Below are positions 1 to 8,802 of a stretch of DNA of 21,279 bases, piece after piece; position 1 is the stretch's first letter, and each line of letters opens with the position of its first letter. The DNA is taken from contig JANOSY010000006.1 in assembly GCA_031416075.1 (NCBI GenBank), forward strand, positions 1 through 21,279. Reading direction: 5' to 3'. The notes beneath the pieces are model-generated. The model did no database searches. It saw nothing but the letters and a program-made list of their open reading frames with translations, and was not told the origin of the DNA. A program made the position numbers and the translations under genes. The stretch comes from Candidatus Tenderia sp. (lineage in GTDB: Bacteria; Pseudomonadota; Gammaproteobacteria; Tenderiales; Tenderiaceae).

Positions 1-2
1 AC

Positions 3-41
3 GACAACAGCGATGAAATTCTTGGCGTTCTTCTTCTGTGA
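3..41 (+). CDS. 3' end of an upstream ORF (partial), possibly another flavoprotein reductase remnant
   Basis: Open frame from the window edge reads DNSDEILGVLLL-stop, resembling EKSDRILGAHLV in the neighbouring reductase; only 12 codons are visible. Confidence 0.2.
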   Translation, partial: DNSDEILGVLLL

Positions 42-264
42 GTGAGATAGCAACGGGGACAGGCATAGTCAGCGCACCAGAAAATAAGGAAGGAGTAGCG
101 CTATTATATATGATCATACTATTTGTTACAGTACACTAGTACGCAGATAGAGCAAGCCTGATTGTTCACGAAGGCCAAAACATCTGAGGACCGCAAGCAC
201 AAAATAGACAGGGTAGTAATGCTGTACAGCTTTTATTCAGCTACCTGAAAAGGAGTAGCACTCT

Positions 265-1049
265 ATGACCAAGCAATACGATCTGATCGCTATTGGAACC
301 GGAGCAGGCGCGTCTGGTGTCGCTTCGCGCTGTCGCGCCGCTGGATGGAGCGTGGCGGTGATTGATAGCTTACCCTTCGGAGGCGCCTGCGCCTTGCGCG
401 GCTGTGACCCCAAGAAGGTACTCGTCGGCGCAGCGGAAGCCATCGACTACTCCCGTCGAATGCGCGGCAAGGGCATCGCGGCTGGTGAGACCACCATTGC
501 ATGGAACGATCTTATCAAATTCAAACGCAGCTTCACGCAACCTGTGCCGGCGATGAGGGAAATGAGTTTCTCCAGCACGTCTCCAGCCCGGCAGCTTATG
601 CGGCGGGCGATGCGGCGCTGAGTGGCCCGCCGCTGACTCCCGTTGCGAGTCATGACGCTAAAGTCGTCGCTGCCAATATGCTCGACGGCAATCATCAGAA
701 ACCCAATTACCTCGGAGTGCCGAGCGTAGCCTTCACGATCCCGCCGATTGCGTCGGCGGGCCTCAGCGAAAAGCAGGCGCGCGACAACGGACTCAAGTTT
801 CAGATCAACAGCAAGAGGGCAGCAGGCTGGTATACCGCGCGTAGTGTCGCGGAAACGATCTATGGATTTAAGGTGCTCATTGAAGAGAAGAGCGACCGGA
901 TCCTGGGCGCGCACCTGGTCGGGCCGCATGCTGATGAGGTGATCAATATCTTCGCCTTGGCCATCCGCAACGGGCTCACAGCGGAGGATCTGAAGAGCAC
1001 GATGTTTGCGTATCCCACCGGGGCCTCCGATATCGGCTACATGCTCTGA
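265..1049 (+). pseudogene. Pyridine nucleotide-disulfide oxidoreductase (glutathione reductase-like), internally deleted and frameshifted
   Basis: AAGGAG RBS. The N-terminal frame has the GxGxxA FAD motif (IGTGAGA) and redox motif GGACALRGCDPKK. From 561 another frame gives NEFLQ..AYAAGDAA, PSVAFTIPP, ILGAHLVGP and AYPT. The central NAD(P)H-binding domain is absent. Confidence 0.9.
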
Positions 1050-1125
1050 AGCTAACAGTGTGGGTGAAGTGGCATCCATCGCGCGCAGCTGGAGCAGTGA
1101 TTAACGTTGCATACATGTTAAAGGA

Positions 1126-1490
1126 GTGACTACGTCAGACCCACTTGATCAGCTTTGTATCAACACCATTAGCTTTCTGTCGGTAGACGCAGTGCAGCAG
1201 GCCACCCCGAGCGTGGCCATACGCCGGGTGTTGAAGTCACTACCGGGCCACTCGGGCAGGGTCTCGCCAATGCAGTGGGCATGGCCATCGCCGAGGCGCA
1301 ACTGGCGGCGCGTTACAATCGCCCCGGCCATGCGGTGATCGACCACGCTACCTATGCGCTGGTCAGCGACGGTGATCTGATGGAGGGTGTCGCAGCGGAG
1401 GCGGCATCACTTGCCGGACATCTTAAACTCGGCAAGTTGACCTGTCTGTACGATGACAACCGCATTACGCTGGCCGTCGGCACCGAATTC
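1126..1490 (+). pseudogene. tkt: Transketolase fragment (internal deletion plus 3' truncation)
   Basis: [19 protein letters not shown], then a frame switch at ~1200 to [37 protein letters not shown] (TPP-binding motif). Similarity is lost after ~1485, roughly a third of the way through a full enzyme. Confidence 0.92.
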
Positions 1491-1765
1491 CGTAAGCGGG
1501 TCGCTATCATCAAGGTAACAATGACATTACAGATTTGTAATGTCGCCGTCATCTTGGCAACAGTGTCGTGCAGTGAATGTTAAAGCATGCAGATCAGCTT
1601 ATTGCATATTTAAAATGGTGGCCATGGAGTCGGTAGGCATGGGAGATTGTAGTCGGGTCGCTGTTATTTTCAGGTGACCACAGTCTAACAATTTATTTAA
1701 TGGTTGAGTTGTCTCCTGTTTTACAGTACAGACACGTAAGAATTTAGGTTGTAAATCAATAGTGA

Positions 1766-2053
1766 CTATGCGCGGAGTTTCATGCTTTCCAGCCGTACAT
1801 TGCCATGAGAGAGTTCGATCAACGCCGTTGTGATATGTTCGATCATCACCTGTTTTTTATTGCTGATGAGTTCAAAGCCGAGAGGTTCTATGGCCTGTCG
1901 AATGGTATCAATAATTTGATCGTCGGGCTGTTGGTCGTGAAAGGTGACTTCGCCCATGACTACTGTGGCGGTGGGATAACCTACTTGCGCCATAATGTTT
2001 TTGACCACCAGAATACAGCGATCACATACCATGTTTTTAATTGTCAGTTTCAT
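1766..2053 (-). pseudogene. Truncated AraC-family regulator; only the N-terminal HMA-like metal-binding domain remains
   Basis: MKLTIKNMVCDRC..VVMGEV..LGFELI..KKQVMIEHI matches the N-terminus of HMA-like+AraC regulators. The ORF stops at 95 aa with no HTH continuation visible downstream. Confidence 0.7.
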
Positions 2054-2070
2054 GGCGAAGGGGGACTCTC

Positions 2071-2808
2071 TCAATTTAACGGTTGCTTTTGTGGGGTGTC
2101 AATTTTATCCAGATAGAGCACCGTTGCTGCGGCAACTGCCAGTGGCATTGCAATAAAATTGATGATAGGAATCATGGTGAGTGTAAGCACACTTGCGCCA
2201 AAACTGAGGCTGCTGATGCGATGTTGTTTGAGTATATGCCGCTGCTGTGAAAACTGGATATTACGGTTACCCATGGGGTAGTCGAGATACTCCAGACTTA
2301 ATAACCAGGCGCTAAAGGCAAACCAGATGAAGGGGGCGAATAGATTGATGCCGGGGATGAAAAAAAGCACTAACAGTGGCAGGGCGCGCAGCAAAAAATA
2401 ACCGATTTTACGTGTTTCATTCCAAAGTATGGTTGGCGTCTGTTTAAGCGCTTGCATAGGAGTTGTCTGACTGCCCGTGACATTGCCGGCGAGTTCCCGT
2501 TCAACGGCCTCGGCCAGCAGGCTGTTGAAGGGGGCGCAGATGAAATTGGCAATGAGCGTGAAGCTGTAAAAAACAACCAATAACATGGTGATCGCAAACA
2601 GTGGCCAGAGTAGCCATTCGAGCCACTGCCATCCTGTCGGAATTATCTGCGCCATGGCGCTCTCAAAATAGTGGATACCCAGGGCGATGGCCGCACTAAA
2701 TAACAGGATGTTAACCAGTAGCGGGATTACTACAAAGCGGCGTATGCCGGGACGGCGAATGAGGCTGAAGCCTTTGTTTATATAGTGCAGGCCGATGAAT
2801 GGATTCAT
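2071..2808 (-). CDS. cysZ: Sulfate transporter CysZ (EI24 domain)
   Basis: GFSLIRRPGIRRFVVIPLLVN, IANFICAPFNSLLAEAVE, LEYLDYPMGN and IPIINFIAMPLAVAAAT motifs; 245 aa, hydrophobic. Confidence 0.93.
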   Translation of the reverse strand: MNPFIGLHYINKGFSLIRRPGIRRFVVIPLLVNILLFSAAIALGIHYFESAMAQIIPTGWQWLEWLLWPLFAITMLLVVFYSFTLIANFICAPFNSLLAEAVERELAGNVTGSQTTPMQALKQTPTILWNETRKIGYFLLRALPLLVLFFIPGINLFAPFIWFAFSAWLLSLEYLDYPMGNRNIQFSQQRHILKQHRISSLSFGASVLTLTMIPIINFIAMPLAVAAATVLYLDKIDTPQKQPLN

Positions 2809-3353
2809 TTGAGCATAAAGTCCCGGACGTTAAGTGTGGGGCCATTTTTTGTGTCGGCCTGGAGTGTGATGGGCAAGAGATAGACTGAACCTCTGGGCGC
2901 TGCGATGGGTAGGAGTCTTAAGTCGCTGATGGCTTGGCGGAGTTCGAATTCCACTGGTCTCATGCCGGGACTGCTCCAGAGCAGGTGAGATTCTGTCACT
3001 GCCCCATTGCTATTGAATACCAATAACCAGTCGATGGTCCCCTCAAGACAGGGGTGGGTAGTTCGTGCGTGAGAGTAGATGGCGTCAGCCCTGCGTTGCA
3101 GTGCTGCCCTTACAACAGGGGTTTGACGTTGTACGGTTTTTCCCCGCCAGCGTTCAGATAAACGCAAGTAGGCCTCTTGGGCGCGACTATAACTGTAAGT
3201 CTCATCTTCTTTGATTGGGCATGTCACTGAGGTTGCTGTGGGTGAGCTGTTGTCAGACTCGCCGGTGATGGTTTGAAGCAGTGCACAGCCACTCAACAAT
3301 CCGCCGCTGAGAAGCAAGACTAAATATCTGTTAACTGATGATTTGATCTGCAT
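2805..3353 (-). CDS. Putative lipoprotein with a TonB-C/AgmX-PglI-like C-terminal domain
   Basis: ATG at 3353 gives a basic N-terminus, a hydrophobic stretch and a lipobox (LLSG-C). The C-terminus IYSHARTTHPCLEGTI..VFNSNGAVTES..LPITL fits a TonB-C-like pattern. It overlaps both neighbours. Confidence 0.6.
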   Translation of the reverse strand: MQIKSSVNRYLVLLLSGGLLSGCALLQTITGESDNSSPTATSVTCPIKEDETYSYSRAQEAYLRLSERWRGKTVQRQTPVVRAALQRRADAIYSHARTTHPCLEGTIDWLLVFNSNGAVTESHLLWSSPGMRPVEFELRQAISDLRLLPIAAPRGSVYLLPITLQADTKNGPTLNVRDFMLK

Positions 3354-4599
3354 GATTCCACCCTCTTTTTGCCAGTAGCGCTGTTCCATATGCCGCCTCC
3401 TGCTGCACTGCCGCCACAAACGGCACGCCGAGCAGTTGTTGGCGGATGTTGCTCCAAGCCCGGTTGTTGGCACCGCCGCCAGCACTGCGGATGAATGTTG
3501 GATAGGGTGCGCCAAGTTCGGCGAGTAGTTTGTACCCCTGCTGTTCGATATGGGCCATGCCTTCGAGCATCGCCTGGAAGAAAATTACATCATCGGCGGG
3601 ACGTGGCGTCAGGCGCGGTGGCAGTGTGGCGTCGCTGATGGGAAAACGTTCACCGGGCTTGATGAGTGGATAGTAGTCGAGTCCGGTCGGTTGTTCTGGT
3701 TTTAATTTCGGTGTCATCACGGCCAGCTGCTCTTTGCTGAAGTGGTGCAACAGTACTGTGCCGCCGCTGTTGGAGCCGCCGCCCACCAGCCATTTATCGC
3801 CGAGTGGCTGGGAGTAGACGCCATGTTGTGGTGAGAAGATGGGTGTGGCGCTGATCACCTTTATCACCAGTGTGGAGCCGAGTGAGGTAACCGCTTCGCC
3901 GATTTGATGTGCGCCGGTGGCGATGAAGGCGGCGGTGCTGTCGGTGGTGCCTGCCACTATTAGCGTGTTTGCGGGTAGCCCAAAGCGCTGGCTGATCTCT
4001 GTGGTGATCGGGGCGATGGGTGTGCCGGGAGTCACCACCTTGGGTAGTAACATTCTATTTATATGCAACTGATCGAGCCAAGCGGGCCAGCACCTATTAA
4101 TAGCGTCATAACCCAGCTTGAGGCAGTTGTTCTCGTCGCTGATTCCGTAGCGGCCGGTGAGGTTACCAACGATCCAGTCGGCCTGATGCAGGGCGTATCG
4201 CACCTCAGGGCCGGGGTTGAGATGCATCAGCTTGGCGAGTGTGGCGGTGGCACCGTGAGCGGCGCTCTCTTGCGGGGCGATATGGGCGATGCGTTGGGCC
4301 TCGGCTTGACTGCGGTTGTCGTTGTACATCAATGCGGGGGCGATGGGATGGCCGTCTTTATCTGCAAGCAGCAGCGTGCCGGAGGTGCCGTCGATAGCGA
4401 TGGCTTTGATCTCTGATTTATCGAGTTGTGCCAGTAGTGCGGTGAGGGTGTCGCCACAGGCGTCCCACCAGAGCCGGGGTTCCTGTTCGCCGTTGGTCGG
4501 TGCGGGTAGTGTTGTGCGGGCTTCGGCGACGATCTGGCCGGTGCCGTTAATCGCAATCGCACGAACGCCGGAGGTGCCTAGATCGATGCCGATAAACAT
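3331..4599 (-). CDS. FGGY-family carbohydrate kinase (ribulose/xylulose kinase-like)
   Basis: IGIDLGTSGVR, IDGTSGT, GTTDSTAAF, SLGSTL, VGGGSNSGG, AGGGANN and EAAYGTALLA motifs. Confidence 0.92.
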   Translation of the reverse strand: MFIGIDLGTSGVRAIAINGTGQIVAEARTTLPAPTNGEQEPRLWWDACGDTLTALLAQLDKSEIKAIAIDGTSGTLLLADKDGHPIAPALMYNDNRSQAEAQRIAHIAPQESAAHGATATLAKLMHLNPGPEVRYALHQADWIVGNLTGRYGISDENNCLKLGYDAINRCWPAWLDQLHINRMLLPKVVTPGTPIAPITTEISQRFGLPANTLIVAGTTDSTAAFIATGAHQIGEAVTSLGSTLVIKVISATPIFSPQHGVYSQPLGDKWLVGGGSNSGGTVLLHHFSKEQLAVMTPKLKPEQPTGLDYYPLIKPGERFPISDATLPPRLTPRPADDVIFFQAMLEGMAHIEQQGYKLLAELGAPYPTFIRSAGGGANNRAWSNIRQQLLGVPFVAAVQQEAAYGTALLAKRGWNHADQIIS

Positions 4600-4609
4600 T
4601 GGGTTTTAT

Positions 4610-4635
4610 CCCCTCACTTCTGCAGAGGTGAGGGG
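4610..4635. promoter_or_regulatory. GC-rich hairpin in the queF-kinase spacer that includes the kinase Shine-Dalgarno
   Basis: Minus strand reads CCCCTCACCTC-TGCA-GAAGTGAGGGG-ATAAAACCCA-ATG. Confidence 0.6.
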
Positions 4636-4643
4636 GTAGATTA

Positions 4644-5057
4644 TCAGGGCAGTGTGACAGGCACGGGCGGTACCCAACCCGGTTGACGATGTTCTGCCAC
4701 CACGGTGGTGTAGATGCCGCCACGGACGTTGAATTCGCCGGTCAGGCGCATGAAGCGTGGGTTGCAGGCGGCAACCAGGTCGCTGAGGATATCGTTGGTG
4801 ACCTTTTCGTGGAAGGCACCTTCTTCACGGAATGACCACATGTAGAGCTTGAGGGACTTGAGTTCCACACACTGCCGGTCGGCGATGTAGTCGATTTTGA
4901 AGGTGGCAAAATCGGGTTGGCCGGTTTTGGGGCAGAGGCAGGTGAACTCGGGCACGGTGATACGAATGGTGTAGTCGCGCTCCGGCATGGGGTTGTCGAA
5001 GGTCTCCAAGGTCTTACTCGGTGTCTTGCTGGGGGTTGTGTTTGGCTGTAATGACAT
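4644..5057 (-). CDS. queF: preQ1 synthase QueF (short, unimodular type)
   Basis: [32 protein letters not shown] and FNVRGGI signatures. Confidence 0.97.
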   Translation of the reverse strand: MSLQPNTTPSKTPSKTLETFDNPMPERDYTIRITVPEFTCLCPKTGQPDFATFKIDYIADRQCVELKSLKLYMWSFREEGAFHEKVTNDILSDLVAACNPRFMRLTGEFNVRGGIYTTVVAEHRQPGWVPPVPVTLP

Positions 5058-5121
5058 AATGTATAGGACTCAATAAGTTAAAAAATATAGCTCGTTGGAT
5101 GCCAGAGCTTGTTAACAGCGG

Positions 5122-5150
5122 TTTAGTGCGGCACTGCACTCTGGTATGAT
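5122..5150 (+). promoter_or_regulatory. Putative sigma70 promoter for smc (extended -10)
   Basis: TTTAGT-17 bp-TATGAT with TGn immediately before the -10; an imperfect inverted repeat AGTGCGG-CA-CTGCACT (5125-5140) overlaps the spacer. Confidence 0.45.
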
Positions 5151-5271
5151 CGGGCGTTATTTTAACGCGAAAATGGTTTTAAGGTACCGCAATAAGTTGT
5201 ATCAGCGCCATTGGGGGGAAAAGTGGGCTGGAATAGGGTTGTTGAGTAGCTTACATCAGGTTGGAGAGTGA

Positions 5272-8200
5272 ATGCGTCTTAAGACAATCAAGCTGGCAGG
5301 ATTCAAGTCTTTTGTTGATCCCACCTCTATTCCTATGCCCAGCAACATGATTGGAATCGTCGGCCCCAACGGCTGTGGCAAGTCCAATACCATCGATGCG
5401 GTGCGCTGGGTGATGGGCGAAAGCTCGGCTAAAAACCTGCGTGGTGACTCCATGGCCGATGTCATTTTTAACGGCTCCACCTCCCGTAAACCGGTGGGGC
5501 AGGCAACGGTTGAGCTGATCTTTGATAACAGCGATGGTGGTCTGGGTGGTGAGTATGCCCAGTACGCCGAGATATCGATCAAACGTCAAGTGACCCGTGA
5601 CGGCCAATCCAACTACTACCTCAACAATACCCGTTGCCGCCGCCGTGACATTACCGACATCTTCCTCGGTACCGGCCTGGGGCCGCGCAGTTACGCCATT
5701 ATTGAGCAGGGCACCATCTCACGTTTGATTGAGGCCAAACCCGAAGAGCTGCGGGTTTTTATTGAAGAGGCGGCCGGCATCTCCAAATATAAGGAGCGCC
5801 GCCGTGAGACCGAAAACCGCATTAAACATACCCGCGAGAACATCGAACGTATTAATGACGTGCGTGATGAGTTGGAAAAACGTATTGCCACCTTGCAGCG
5901 GCAGGCCAAAACAGCGGAGAAGTACAAACAGCTGAAGGATGAGGAGCGCAAGCTCAAGGCTGAGCTGTTGGCACTACGGTTTCACAGCCTCGATGCCACC
6001 GTGCAGGAGCGTGACAAGCAGATCAAGGGGCAGGAGACGGCTCTGGAGGGGCAGATTGCCGAGCTACGGAGTGTGGAGGCCACTATTGAGAGCCAACGCG
6101 AACAGCAGATTGAGGTCAACGAGAAGTTTAACGAGGTCCAGGGACGCTATTATGCCTTGGGGGCCGAGATTGCACGCCTTGAACAGACCATCTCCCACGT
6201 CAAGGAGTCACGTCAACAGCAGGAGCGCGAGTTGCGCGAGGTGGACAACGCCTGGCGTGAGGCGACCGAACATCTCACCAGCGACAGTGAGGCTATCGAA
6301 GAGTTAAAGATGGCGCTGGAGGGGCACGAGGAGCAGATGTTGCTGTCCCGTGAAAAAGAGGCTGAGTCGGGCGCGATGCTGACCCAGGCGGAAGAGGGCA
6401 TGCACCTCTGGCAACAGCAGTGGGATGAGTTTAACCAGACATCCGCCGCCCATATCCGCAGTGCCGAAGTTGAAAATGCCCGTATCCAGCATCTGGAACA
6501 GAGCCAGACTCAACTCAATCAGCGTATGCAGCGTATGGAAGATGAGTTGACAACCCTCTCACCCGGCGGTCTCGATGGTGAGATCGAGGCCTTTCAGCTT
6601 GAACGTGCCGAACTGGATGAGCAGCTGGAGCAGCTACGCCACGAGCTGGAACAGCAGGTCGAGCAGATTGGCCATGAACGACAGCTGGCGCAAAATCTGA
6701 GTAGTGAGCTGGATAGTGACCGCAGCCGTTTGCAGGCGATGCAGGGGCGCAACTCATCACTGGAGGCGTTGCAGCAGCAAGCGTTGGGCAAAGGCAATCA
6801 AGCCGTCAACCACTGGCTCAAGGGGTGCGGACTTGATAACGCCAGCCGCCTGGCGCAAAACCTAACGGTTGAAAAGGGGTGGGAAAAGGCGGTTGAGGTA
6901 GTCTTGGGGCTGCATCTTGAGTCGGTCTGTGTCAATGGCATAGAGGCGGTGGCCGCCGCACTGAAGGATTTAAAACAGGGCTCACTGGCACTTTTTGATG
7001 TTACAGCGGATGCTGGCACTGCTCTGCAACAAGGGCCGCTGACCGACTCACTGTTGAGCAAGGTCACCTCAAAATACTCCATGGCCTCACTCCTGAGTGG
7101 CATTTACGCCGTGAATTCCTTAGAGCAGGCGCTGACGCAACGCAATCAGCTGCAGGCCAATGAATCGATGGTGACCCGTGATGGGTTATGGTTAGGCCGT
7201 GACTGGCTGCGCGTAGTGCGTGGCAGCACGGAGAAGGCAGGGGTTTTACAGCGCGAACAGGAGTTAAAAACCCTGGCCGCCGAGATTGATGAGACACGTG
7301 GCCGTGTTGAAGAAGTTAGTGGCCAGCTACAGGAGAGCCGCAGCCGACAGCAGGAGTTGGAGCGTGGCCGTGACGAGTTACAACTGCAGGTGAACCAGAG
7401 CACTCAATTGCTGGCACGTATTGAGTCGCAACTGAGTGCCCGTAACGAACGTCTGCAGCAGTTTCAAAGCCGCAAACTTCGTCTCGAGGCGGATATCAAC
7501 GACCTGCGTCAGCAGCGCGACGGCAGCGACCAGACGGTTGTTGAGGCGCGGGCACGCCTGACTGAAGCGCTGGCGTTAACAGAAAATTTTGAAGAGCAGC
7601 GCCATGAGTTAACTCAGCGGCGCGAAACATTACGCCAGCAGCTGGATAATAGTCGCCAGCAGTCGCGCACTGATCGTGATCAGGCCCATGAGATTGCCCT
7701 GAAGTTGCAGTCGATTCGTGCCCAACTTGATGGCACCCAGCAGCGGCTTGAACGTATGCAGGGTCAACTGAGTACGTTGGAGCGTCGTCGTGAAACGTTA
7801 CAGGCGCAACAACAGGTGCAGGGTGATCCGGTGGCAGAGCTGGGGCTTCAACTTGAAGAGCAACTGGGTCTCCGACTCGGTGTTGAAGAGGCGTTGATGT
7901 TTGCCCGTCGGACACTGGAGGAGGTGGATCATGCCATGCGCCAATCAGCGGAACAGCGCCTTCATGTTGAACAGAAGTCACAACAGATGCGTAGCCAGCT
8001 GGAACAGCTGCGTATCGCCAGCCAGGAGATTCGTGTTCGCAGTCAGACGGTATATGAACAGTTCAGCGAGACCAGCTTTAATCTTGAAGAGGTCGTTGCC
8101 CAGTTGATCGACGGGGCGGATGAACATAGCTGGCAGAACAAGGTGAACGAGATCGGTCAGGGCATACAACGTCTTGGAGCGATCAATCTTGCGGCCATTG

Positions 8201-8787
8201 AAGAGTATGAAGAGCAGTCACAACGCAAGGCCTATCTGGATGCGCAGTGTGGTGATCTGAACGATGCGCTGAATACTTTGGAGACGGCTATCCGCAAGAT
8301 CGATAAAGAGACACGTACCCGCTTTAAAGATACCTTTGACAAAGTGGACAGCGGTGTCAAAGAGCTGTTTCCGCGGCTCTTTGGTGGTGGCCACGCCTAT
8401 CTGGAGCTAACGGGGGATGATCTGTTAGACACCGGTGTTACAATCATGGCCCGGCCACCGGGCAAACGGAACTCGAGCATTCACATGCTCTCGGGTGGGG
8501 AGAAGGCGTTAACCGCGGTCGCGCTGGTATTCTCAATCTTCCAGCTCAATCCAGCGCCGTTCTGTATGCTCGACGAAGTGGATGCGCCGCTGGACGAAGC
8601 CAACGTCGGTCGTTTCTGCCGCATGGTAAAAGAGATGTCTGAGAAGGTACAATTCATCTTTATTACCCATAACAAAACCACTATGGAGATGTCGGATCAT
8701 CTCACAGGCGTCACCATGCACGAACCCGGCGTATCACGTCTCGTGGCTGTGGACATCGAAGAAGCCATAAGTATGGTTGCAAGCTAA
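5272..8787 (+). CDS. smc: Chromosome segregation protein SMC
   Basis: Walker A GPNGCGKSN, long coiled coils around a hinge, signature LSGGEKAL, Walker B/D-loop LDEVDAPLD and FITHNK; 1171 aa. Confidence 0.99.
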   Translation: MRLKTIKLAGFKSFVDPTSIPMPSNMIGIVGPNGCGKSNTIDAVRWVMGESSAKNLRGDSMADVIFNGSTSRKPVGQATVELIFDNSDGGLGGEYAQYAEISIKRQVTRDGQSNYYLNNTRCRRRDITDIFLGTGLGPRSYAIIEQGTISRLIEAKPEELRVFIEEAAGISKYKERRRETENRIKHTRENIERINDVRDELEKRIATLQRQAKTAEKYKQLKDEERKLKAELLALRFHSLDATVQERDKQIKGQETALEGQIAELRSVEATIESQREQQIEVNEKFNEVQGRYYALGAEIARLEQTISHVKESRQQQERELREVDNAWREATEHLTSDSEAIEELKMALEGHEEQMLLSREKEAESGAMLTQAEEGMHLWQQQWDEFNQTSAAHIRSAEVENARIQHLEQSQTQLNQRMQRMEDELTTLSPGGLDGEIEAFQLERAELDEQLEQLRHELEQQVEQIGHERQLAQNLSSELDSDRSRLQAMQGRNSSLEALQQQALGKGNQAVNHWLKGCGLDNASRLAQNLTVEKGWEKAVEVVLGLHLESVCVNGIEAVAAALKDLKQGSLALFDVTADAGTALQQGPLTDSLLSKVTSKYSMASLLSGIYAVNSLEQALTQRNQLQANESMVTRDGLWLGRDWLRVVRGSTEKAGVLQREQELKTLAAEIDETRGRVEEVSGQLQESRSRQQELERGRDELQLQVNQSTQLLARIESQLSARNERLQQFQSRKLRLEADINDLRQQRDGSDQTVVEARARLTEALALTENFEEQRHELTQRRETLRQQLDNSRQQSRTDRDQAHEIALKLQSIRAQLDGTQQRLERMQGQLSTLERRRETLQAQQQVQGDPVAELGLQLEEQLGLRLGVEEALMFARRTLEEVDHAMRQSAEQRLHVEQKSQQMRSQLEQLRIASQEIRVRSQTVYEQFSETSFNLEEVVAQLIDGADEHSWQNKVNEIGQGIQRLGAINLAAIEEYEEQSQRKAYLDAQCGDLNDALNTLETAIRKIDKETRTRFKDTFDKVDSGVKELFPRLFGGGHAYLELTGDDLLDTGVTIMARPPGKRNSSIHMLSGGEKALTAVALVFSIFQLNPAPFCMLDEVDAPLDEANVGRFCRMVKEMSEKVQFIFITHNKTTMEMSDHLTGVTMHEPGVSRLVAVDIEEAISMVAS

Positions 8788-8802
8788 TTTTTGGAAGGAA
8801 AT

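Noticed and set aside
447-1079. 210-aa minus-strand ORF, and similar antisense ORFs within smc, the kinase, the TPR genes, dnaX and rsgA
   Set aside because: Shadow frames of well-supported genes with no recognisable motifs.
1254-1261. KOPS-like GGGCAGGG on the + strand
   Set aside because: A single occurrence encoded by the conserved LGQG motif of transketolase; uninformative.
126-1730. 10-bp direct repeat TTACAGTACA at 126 and 1721 flanking the two pseudogenes
   Set aside because: A 10-mer match in AT-rich DNA is near chance expectation, and no integrase or terminal inverted repeats are associated.
5049-5076. CATAATGTATA, matching the XerC-side half and overlap of dif
   Set aside because: No XerD arm follows (GGACTCAATAA) and it overlaps the queF start codon; probably chance.
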